NCBI GenBank assembly: GCA_041660365.1
Contig: JBAZWK010000001.1
Span: forward strand, 1,524 to 65,523
Length of the DNA: 64,000 nt
Direction of reading: 5' to 3'
Source of the DNA: Candidatus Shapirobacteria bacterium
GTDB lineage: Bacteria > Patescibacteriota > Microgenomatia > UBA12405
Below the pieces are notes generated by a model. It was not told the origin of the DNA, searched no databases, and saw only the letters and a list, made by a program, of their open reading frames with translations. Made by a program: the position numbers and the translations under genes. Below are positions 57,160 to 64,000 of this stretch, piece by piece; the first letter of the stretch is position 1; each line of letters begins with the position of its first letter.

Positions 57160-57271
57160 CTGTCAAGAAGGTCTGGTGTATAGCCAGACTGGCAACCGAG
57201 CCCGCCGAAGAGGTGGATCACGGTGCCCGTCCAAAAACAATTTGGAAGACAGGCCTTATTAATTAAAAAGG
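57160..57271 (+). promoter_or_regulatory. SAM-I-superfamily riboswitch upstream of metK
   Basis: P1 CTGTC/GACAG, J1/2 AAGA, P2 GTCTGG/CCAGAC, P3 GGCAACC...GGTGC, P4 TCCAAA/TTTGGA, then a CCTT/AAGG hairpin over the SD-like AAGG. Confidence 0.8.
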
Positions 57272-57277
57272 AAAAAT

Positions 57278-58375
57278 ATGAACTATTTCCAGTTTTCTTC
57301 CGAGTCGGTATCGTCGGGTCATCCCGATAAAATCTGTGATCAAATTTCTGATGCAGTGCTAGATGAAGCTTTGAGTTTAGATAAAAATTCCAGAGTAGCG
57401 GTAGAAACTCTACTGACTGTTAATAGAATTGTTTTAGCTGGCGAAGTCACTTGTACTAATAAAATTGATTTTGAAAAAGTAGCCAGAAATAAAATTAAGG
57501 AAATTGGTTACGATAAAGAGATTTATAACTTTACTGATAAGTCCCCGATTGAAATATATGTTCACCAACAGTCGGCTGACATTGCAATCGGGGTTGATAA
57601 TGAGGGTGCTGGCGATCAGGGAATGATGTTTGGTTATGCCAGTGATGAGACCAAGGAATTGATGCCGTTGCCGATAGTTTTGGCTCATAGATTATGCCGA
57701 AAGATGGATGAATTAGAGAAAAAAGAAAATTGGATTAGACCCGATGGAAAATCACAGGTGACAGTAAATTATGATAATGGAAAAGTAATTGGAATTGAAA
57801 AAGTAGTCTTGGCAAAACCGTTGGATTATAAAAAAAAGATTGATTTTAAACAATATTTTTATGAGTCGGTAATTTTACCAGTGTTGAGTGAATACAATTT
57901 AAATATTGGAATAGATCAGGTTATTTTTAATGGAACAGGACGTTGGGAAATTGGCGGTCCGGCAACTGATACGGGGGTGACTGGTCGGAAAATTGTAGTC
58001 GATACTTATGGTGGGATGGGAAGAATTGGCGGTGGTTGTTTTTCCGGAAAGGATCCAACAAAAGTTGATCGAAGTGCGGCTTACGCCGCCAGGTTTTTAG
58101 CTAAAAATGTGGTGGCAGCAGGATTGGCGAAACGCTGCGAAGTGCAATTAGCTTATGCAATTGGTGTTAGAGACCCAGTTGGTAAAGGTTTTGAGACTTT
58201 TGGAACTGCTACTAAAGATGAAAAAATTATTAATGATTTTATTTGGAATTTAATGGATTTGTCGGTCAAAGGTATTATAGAAAAATTTGATCTTAAGAGA
58301 CCAATATTTGCCCAAACAGCCAAATATGGACATTTTGGAAATGAAAATTATTCTTGGGAGAGTATAGATAAGTAG
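57278..58375 (+). CDS. metK: S-adenosylmethionine synthetase
   Basis: SESV..GHPDK, GAGDQG, RPDGKSQV, GRKI.VDTYGG, FSGKDPTKVDRS. Confidence 0.97.
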   Translation: MNYFQFSSESVSSGHPDKICDQISDAVLDEALSLDKNSRVAVETLLTVNRIVLAGEVTCTNKIDFEKVARNKIKEIGYDKEIYNFTDKSPIEIYVHQQSADIAIGVDNEGAGDQGMMFGYASDETKELMPLPIVLAHRLCRKMDELEKKENWIRPDGKSQVTVNYDNGKVIGIEKVVLAKPLDYKKKIDFKQYFYESVILPVLSEYNLNIGIDQVIFNGTGRWEIGGPATDTGVTGRKIVVDTYGGMGRIGGGCFSGKDPTKVDRSAAYAARFLAKNVVAAGLAKRCEVQLAYAIGVRDPVGKGFETFGTATKDEKIINDFIWNLMDLSVKGIIEKFDLKRPIFAQTAKYGHFGNENYSWESIDK

Positions 58376-58403
58376 TTGAATAGTTGAATAGATAAGTAGT
58401 AAG
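58365..58403 (+). repeat. Left octamer array of the four-helix-bundle cassette (5 units)
   Basis: TAGATAAG TAGTTGAA TAGTTGAA TAGATAAG TAGTAAG; the second unit supplies the metK stop. Confidence 0.9.
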
Positions 58404-58411
58404 ATGAGTGT

Positions 58412-58743
58412 ATGTTATATCACAATATTTTAGTTTGGAAAAAGTCACATGAATTTACTTTAGAAATCTATAAAATAACTAAAAAATATCCCAAATGAGA
58501 AGAGCTTCTAGTTCAGTTCCGGCCAATATTGTGGAAGGAAATGCTAGAAGATCAAGTAAGGAATTTGCTCAATTTTTAGTTCAAGCCAGGGGTTCTTTAT
58601 CAGAAACACAATATTTTTTAGAATTATCAAAAGATTTAGAATACATTTCAGTATCTGAATTTGAAAATCTTACTACACTGTCTATTGAAGTAGCTAAGAT
58701 GTTAAACTCTTTATTAACTAAGATTAAGAGTTGTAATTATTAG
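58412..58743 (+). pseudogene. Four-helix-bundle protein (23S rRNA-IVP-like family) split into 28-aa and 82-aa ORFs
   Basis: MLYHNILVWKKSHEFTLEIYKITKKYPK* then, by ATGA overlap, MRRASSSVPANIVEG...ARGSLSETQYFL. Confidence 0.85.
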
Positions 58744-58745
58744 AT

Positions 58746-58785
58746 TTTAACTATTAATCTATTTATCTATTAAACTATTCATCTA
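58746..58785 (-). repeat. Right octamer array, inverted (5 units)
   Basis: Reverse complement reads TAGATGAA TAGTTTAA TAGATAAA TAGATTAA TAGTTAAA. Confidence 0.9.
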
Positions 58786-58787
58786 AC

Positions 58788-59756
58788 ATGATATTAATAG
58801 TCGGAGGGGCCGGATATATCGGCTCAGAAATAAACAAAGAATTAAATGTAAACGGTTACAAAACCGTAATTTTAGACAGTTTGGTTTCGGGGCATAAAGA
58901 GTCGGTAAAATGGGGAGAATTTGTTCAGGGTGATTTAGTTAATTTAGAAGATATTCGGGGAGTGTTTAAAAAATATCCAATTGAGGCGGTGTTTAATTTT
59001 GCGGCTTTTATCGAAGTTGGTGAATCAGTGAAAGATCCGCAAAAATATTATTTTAATAATTTAATAAACACTCTTAATTTATTAAAAGTAATGAGAGAGT
59101 TTAACGTTAATAAAATTATTTTTTCCTCAACGGCAGCGACTTTTGGCGAACCAAAATACACGCCAATTGATGAAAAACATCCGCAATGGCCAATTAATCC
59201 CTATGGTTGGACTAAATTTATGATAGAGCGGGTGTTTTCAGATTACGATACTGCATATGGTCTACGATATGTGGCTTTGCGTTATTTCAATGCTTGTGGG
59301 GCCAATGATGAGGCGGATATTGGCGAAAATCATAACCCAGAATCTCACTTAATTCCTTTGGTTTTGGATGCGGCCATTGGGAAAAGGGAAAATATAAAAA
59401 TTTTTGGCACTGACTACCCTACCCCGGACGGCACTTGTGTTCGGGATTATGTTCACGTGGTTGATTTGGCCTCAGCTCATCTTTTAGCTTTAAAACATCT
59501 GTTGGATGGTGGAGAATCAAAACAATACAACTTAGGTAATGGTAAAGGTTTTTCAGTCCGCGAGGTAATTGAGGCGGTTAAAAAAGTAACTGGGAAAGAG
59601 TTTACAGTAATTGAAGATGTCAGACGTCCTGGCGATCCACCGGTTTTGGTGGCCACTTCAGAAAAAATTAAAAAAGAATTGGGCTGGGATCCAAAATATA
59701 CTGATATTGAGGCAATTGTAGCGACCGCTTGGAAATGGCACCAAAAAAAGGCATAA
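58788..59756 (+). CDS. galE: UDP-glucose 4-epimerase
   Basis: GGAGYIGS, FSSTAA, YG.TK, LRYFNA.GA, DGTCVRDYVHV. Confidence 0.96.
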   Translation: MILIVGGAGYIGSEINKELNVNGYKTVILDSLVSGHKESVKWGEFVQGDLVNLEDIRGVFKKYPIEAVFNFAAFIEVGESVKDPQKYYFNNLINTLNLLKVMREFNVNKIIFSSTAATFGEPKYTPIDEKHPQWPINPYGWTKFMIERVFSDYDTAYGLRYVALRYFNACGANDEADIGENHNPESHLIPLVLDAAIGKRENIKIFGTDYPTPDGTCVRDYVHVVDLASAHLLALKHLLDGGESKQYNLGNGKGFSVREVIEAVKKVTGKEFTVIEDVRRPGDPPVLVATSEKIKKELGWDPKYTDIEAIVATAWKWHQKKA

Positions 59757-59763
59757 TAGAGTC

Positions 59764-61056
59764 ATGACAAAAATAGCCGTAATTGGAACTGGTTATGTAG
59801 GTTTAGTGACTGGCACATGTTTGGCGGAAATTGGACATAGTGTTTTTTGTGTGGATATTGATGAGAAAAAAATTGAAAATTTAAAAAAAGGGATTATTCC
59901 GATTTATGAACCAGGTCTAGAGGAGTTAGTCAAAAAGAATTTTGAGAAAAAGAGTTTATTTTTTACCACAGATATCAGTGAGGCGGTGTCACAGGCCGAA
60001 GTAGTGTTTATTGCGGTGGGGACGCCACCAATGCCTGATGGTTCGGTAAATTTGGAATATGTTAATGTTGCGGCGGAATCGATTGGTAAGGCAATGAACG
60101 GCTATAAAATAATTATCAACAAGTCGACGGTGCCAATTGGTACCGGTGGTTCAGTTCAAAGAATAATTTCTACCTATTATAAGGGAGAATTTGATATAGT
60201 ATCAAACCCGGAATTTTTAAGAGAAGGTAGTGCCGTTGCTGATTTTATGAATCCAGATAGAATTGTAATTGGTAACGGTGGGGAAAAAGGTCGAAAAATA
60301 ATGTTGGATTTGTATGCTCCCCTACCCGGTGAAAGAGTGTTAACTAATATCAAAACAGCCGAGATGATCAAATATGCTTCTAATGCTTATTTAGCGACCT
60401 CTATTTCCTTTATTAATTCGATTGCTGGAATTTGTGAAAAGGTGGGAGCGGATGTGACCGAAGTGGCCTTGGGAATGAGATTAGATAAAAGAATTGGCAA
60501 ATATGCTTTTTTGGATGCCGGGGTGGGTTACGGCGGTTCTTGTTTTCCCAAAGATGTTAAAGGACTAATTCAAATTGCCAATGAAAATAATATTTCTTTT
60601 GATATTTTAGAATCAGTAGAAGCGACTAATGAAGCCCAGAAAAAATCTTTGTTACGTAAAGTTCAGAAATTATTGGGAGAAAATTTAAGCGGGAAAAGAA
60701 TTGCCATTTGGGGTTTGGCCTTTAAAGCGGAAACTGACGATATGCGGGAAGCGCCGGCTTTGACGATTATCAAACAACTACAAGATCGGGATGTAAAATT
60801 AGTGGCTTATGACCCGGTGGCCAGAAAACAAGTTGAAAAGATTAATAGTGAATTAGTTTTTGCTGATGATTTGTATGAGTCAGTAAAAGGTGTCGATGCT
60901 TTGGTAATAAGTACAGCTTGGAAAGAATTTAAAGAGGCGGATTTGGATAAAATTAAATCACTAATGAAAACGCCGAATATTGTGGATGGCAGAAATATGT
61001 TTAATGTGGAAGAGATGAAGGAAAAGGGCTTTAATTATCTTTCGGTGGGGCGATAG
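59764..61056 (+). CDS. ugd: UDP-glucose 6-dehydrogenase
   Basis: GTGYVGL, KSTVP, NPEFLREG, GYGGSCFPKD. Confidence 0.95.
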   Translation: MTKIAVIGTGYVGLVTGTCLAEIGHSVFCVDIDEKKIENLKKGIIPIYEPGLEELVKKNFEKKSLFFTTDISEAVSQAEVVFIAVGTPPMPDGSVNLEYVNVAAESIGKAMNGYKIIINKSTVPIGTGGSVQRIISTYYKGEFDIVSNPEFLREGSAVADFMNPDRIVIGNGGEKGRKIMLDLYAPLPGERVLTNIKTAEMIKYASNAYLATSISFINSIAGICEKVGADVTEVALGMRLDKRIGKYAFLDAGVGYGGSCFPKDVKGLIQIANENNISFDILESVEATNEAQKKSLLRKVQKLLGENLSGKRIAIWGLAFKAETDDMREAPALTIIKQLQDRDVKLVAYDPVARKQVEKINSELVFADDLYESVKGVDALVISTAWKEFKEADLDKIKSLMKTPNIVDGRNMFNVEEMKEKGFNYLSVGR

Positions 61057-63700
61057 CAGAAATAGTGTAGAGGGTGAAGAAATCTGTAGGATCTGTTTTT
61101 ATTTTTTTTAAGATAAAGTGTTTTTGGATAAATTCCATAATGGCCGGGGTATCGTTGCTGTAGACAATGGTAGTGCCGATTTGGAGTTTGTCGAGATTTG
61201 GCAGAAAATATTTGATGTCATAATTTGGCAGTAAAACAGTTTCGAGGGATGGATTTATAGGTAAATAAGTTTTCATTTGATATTTTAAAATTAAGGCGGT
61301 ATCACCGTCCCGACTGATAATTAAGGGGCTGATTTTGGTCAGATTATATTTGTTTTGAAAGATTGGATATTGTGTCAATTGAGTGTAAACGTTGTGTTGA
61401 TTGCTGTTGTGAATTCGCGTGGGCTGCTTAATATTTAAATAGGAAATATAGAAGAAGGTAACGATAAATAAACTAATCGGCAGAGTATAAATATTTTTAT
61501 TTTTGATTTTTTGGCTAAGTATTTTTAGAATTAAACAAAATTCTATCAGCAGAAAAGGACTGATATTAACAATGTTATTTTGGTTGGAACGGCTGACAAA
61601 ATAACTGAAAATAGCCACATTGTGAATGATGATAAAGGCAAAAGCGGTGGTCAACTCGTTTTTTCGATTATAGATTTGCTCAAAGAAAAGGATAAAACCA
61701 CTAATCAGAATAATAAGGGCCAAATAATAATTTCCAAAATCAGGTATTAATTCCGAGCTGAAACCGTCGATATATGTAGTGGCGTATTGGAGGTAATTTT
61801 TGATTGGCGGAGAAATATGATGATATTGATATTCTTTAAAGATTATTATTCCAAAGATAGTTAGGGTAATAACTAGGAAAAGTGACAAATATTTTAGAAA
61901 TATTTTAAAAGCATTTTTAAAGTTTGAGTAATTAATAAATGAATAGGCTCCAAGGGAAAATATGTAGGCCGGGACGATGTAGATGGCAGTTTCAATTGAC
62001 CAAAAGACAGAAATAGAGGCGATAAAAGCAGAAATGATAATACCAATTTTATTGGGAAAGTAGGTGATAAAAAATATTATTAAGGTGCCAAGACCAAAGC
62101 GAATCGGTCCGGAGGATGGAAAAAGTCCGTTGCTATCTAGAGAAAATTGAGTTTGAAGAAAGATAGTAATTATTGAAAAGAGAAAACTTAGATAATTATT
62201 TTTGGTGATTTTATAAATAATTAAAAAGTCCAGTAAATAAATCAAAATATAGATGCCCTGATTTAAAATGTGAAAATTTTCAAAAGTTATTCCAAATGGT
62301 TTTAAAACTGAGCTAATAAAATGGATCGATAGATAGCCGTATTGAGAAGGAACATCACTAAGGAGGCTTCTATCCTGGCTAATTTCATAAGCGGGGCCAA
62401 GATAAAAGGAATAATGGTGATAATCAATAGGTTTATTGGTGGAATATAAGGCAAACACAGCAGAAATAATAAACAAAATAGAGGTAATTAAAATATTTTT
62501 ATGAGAGCTGATGGTGAGGACTATTTTTAGAATTTGAGATAGTAAAAGGGTGGAAAGCATGATGACAAGAACTATAGGGAAGGAGAAATTGTCGATATCG
62601 AGTCGAAAATAACTGAGAACGGAAATCAGGACAATTAACTGCAAAAGAAAATTTTTCAAGAATTGCTCTGGACTTTGTTTTAACTGTATCAGGGTGGGAA
62701 CAAGACTCAATATGAGAAAAATTAAATAGTTGTAACTAAGTAAATGTCGGAAAAATATTAAATAGCTTAATTGAACAGCAAAGATAAAGAATCCCAGTAT
62801 TAAGGATTTTTTGAAGAATTTTTGGGCAATATTCTTTTTTAAAAAAGTCAGTGTCAAAGTAAAAGAAAACAGAAGGATTGAAGAAATTTCATAAATTAAC
62901 CACTCGCTTGATTCGCTATGTTTTTTGATAAGCAAAATAGCTGCTGTAACAAACAACAAAGCGTATATGGAAGTTAGAAATGTAAAAATACCTTTATTGT
63001 CCTGATTTATAGGTAGATTATCTTTGGGGGAATATTGAAAATATTTAACAAAATTTCCTCCGAGCCGGGTATTGAGAAAAATATATAAAATCAGGGTGGC
63101 AAGCAGGGCGTAAGCCCACGAGGCGAAATTAAGATGGTTGATAAAGGAGAGAGATTTGTTTAGAAGATATGAAGGAATTTCAGATTTGTTTTCAGAAAGA
63201 TATTTTTTGGAATAATTGTACTTTGAAATAAAATCATCGGAAAATGGCGATAAAGTTAAGTAATTATTGCCTTGACCATAAAGCGATTTAATTTCAATTT
63301 CATAGCTTTTTCCTTTGGAATTGGGAATCTCTGGAAAACCAAAAGGAAAATATTCATAGTTATTAAATTGATCAACTTTGTATTTAGCGCTGTAAAACCA
63401 GTTGCTTTGACCTTGCTCTTTAATACTGAATTGAAGATAATCATCGTTGATATTCCAATGGGTATCAAATTTCATGGCAATGATTCCTAGGTGATCGTGC
63501 TTGGCAGTGAACAAAGCTTGAGCAGAAACATTTTGGTATAAATTTAGGGGAGTTTTAGTGTTGAAATGGGAATTTTCAGTGATAATGACCGGACTGTAAT
63601 CCTGGTAGTCGTAGATCTTTTTATATACAAAACCGATGAGAAGAATTAGGAAAAAAATGAAACAGATTTTTATTTTTGTATTTAGGTGTTTTTTTAACAT
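61031..63700 (-). CDS. Large polytopic membrane protein (possibly GT-C-like)
   Basis: 889 aa, N-terminal soluble domain followed by many TM helices. Confidence 0.7.
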   Translation of the reverse strand: MLKKHLNTKIKICFIFFLILLIGFVYKKIYDYQDYSPVIITENSHFNTKTPLNLYQNVSAQALFTAKHDHLGIIAMKFDTHWNINDDYLQFSIKEQGQSNWFYSAKYKVDQFNNYEYFPFGFPEIPNSKGKSYEIEIKSLYGQGNNYLTLSPFSDDFISKYNYSKKYLSENKSEIPSYLLNKSLSFINHLNFASWAYALLATLILYIFLNTRLGGNFVKYFQYSPKDNLPINQDNKGIFTFLTSIYALLFVTAAILLIKKHSESSEWLIYEISSILLFSFTLTLTFLKKNIAQKFFKKSLILGFFIFAVQLSYLIFFRHLLSYNYLIFLILSLVPTLIQLKQSPEQFLKNFLLQLIVLISVLSYFRLDIDNFSFPIVLVIMLSTLLLSQILKIVLTISSHKNILITSILFIISAVFALYSTNKPIDYHHYSFYLGPAYEISQDRSLLSDVPSQYGYLSIHFISSVLKPFGITFENFHILNQGIYILIYLLDFLIIYKITKNNYLSFLFSIITIFLQTQFSLDSNGLFPSSGPIRFGLGTLIIFFITYFPNKIGIIISAFIASISVFWSIETAIYIVPAYIFSLGAYSFINYSNFKNAFKIFLKYLSLFLVITLTIFGIIIFKEYQYHHISPPIKNYLQYATTYIDGFSSELIPDFGNYYLALIILISGFILFFEQIYNRKNELTTAFAFIIIHNVAIFSYFVSRSNQNNIVNISPFLLIEFCLILKILSQKIKNKNIYTLPISLFIVTFFYISYLNIKQPTRIHNSNQHNVYTQLTQYPIFQNKYNLTKISPLIISRDGDTALILKYQMKTYLPINPSLETVLLPNYDIKYFLPNLDKLQIGTTIVYSNDTPAIMEFIQKHFILKKIKTDPTDFFTLYTISAIAPPKDN

Positions 63701-63717
63701 TATGAGTGTGATGTAAA

Positions 63718-63975
63718 TTAAAGCTTATCAATAAACTGATATTTAATTTTCCAAACATAATAGGTCCATTTTCCAGTAATAGTAGAAAAATCAAAATGGG
63801 CTAGGTGATCAAGACCTCTTTTGGTCAGATATAGAATTTTTGTTAGAGTAAACAATACGGGGTATTCTTTGGTTCTATTTTTAGGATTTATAGCAACGTC
63901 TGTTAACTTGTTAAATATAAAATCAGGAATTTTAAATGTAGCCAAAAGATACAATAGAATATTGTTAAATGTCAT
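63718..63975 (-). CDS. Hypothetical protein
   Basis: 85-aa ORF co-oriented with the previous gene. Confidence 0.45.
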   Translation of the reverse strand: MTFNNILLYLLATFKIPDFIFNKLTDVAINPKNRTKEYPVLFTLTKILYLTKRGLDHLAHFDFSTITGKWTYYVWKIKYQFIDKL

Positions 63976-64000
63976 TTTAGTGTCAAGGTAAGATGAATTT

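Noticed and set aside
58496-58498. TGA read-through (code 25 or selenocysteine)
   Set aside because: The downstream part is in a different frame, and TGA ends normal genes such as zwf and ileS.
58412-58743. Diversity-generating retroelement suggested by the Avd-like four-helix bundle
   Set aside because: No reverse transcriptase and no TR/VR pair differing at adenines seen in the window.
54014-58785. CRISPR array interpretation of the periodic repeats
   Set aside because: Units are 8 bp and contiguous, with no spacers and no cas genes.

Overview
AT-rich bacterial chromosome segment using standard code 11. Gene content (GlyQS-type GlyRS, IleRS2, DUF4012 plus a large glycosyltransferase locus, short RecO, few Shine-Dalgarno sites) suggests a CPR/Patescibacteria (Microgenomates-like) genome; this is inference, not a database result. 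(1) Bases 1 to ~11430 are the right part of an accessory island. It carries a PD-(D/E)XK protein, an OLD-type ATPase-TOPRIM nuclease, an XRE regulator, membrane/secreted cargo and a Prim-Pol/SF3 primase-helicase with ori-like inverted iterons, and it abuts a 5'-truncated lipase-like gene. (2) 13-21 kb holds tRNA-Val(CAC) with a palindrome-interrupted tRNA remnant, zwf, lepB, parB, rpmA/rplU, rodA and ileS (GVHH motif). (3) 21-37 kb is a remodelled division/cell-wall (dcw) cluster. No murB, murC, murD, murF, ddl or ftsQ is recognisable in the window. Instead it has an Mpl-like ligase, an ATE1/Bpt-like aminoacyl-tRNA transferase coupled to a frameshifted murE, a PLP fold-II enzyme plus ATP-grasp ligase coupled to ftsW, an NlpC/P60 protein and an unannotated LysW-like protein. 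(4) 39-64 kb is a surface-glycan locus with metK (SAM-I-type riboswitch), galE and ugd. A split four-helix-bundle gene there is flanked by inverted 8-bp TAG-repeat arrays, and the same repeat family occurs in frame inside neighbouring genes. The best candidates for an undescribed system are the non-canonical peptidoglycan module and the four-helix-bundle/octamer-repeat element.
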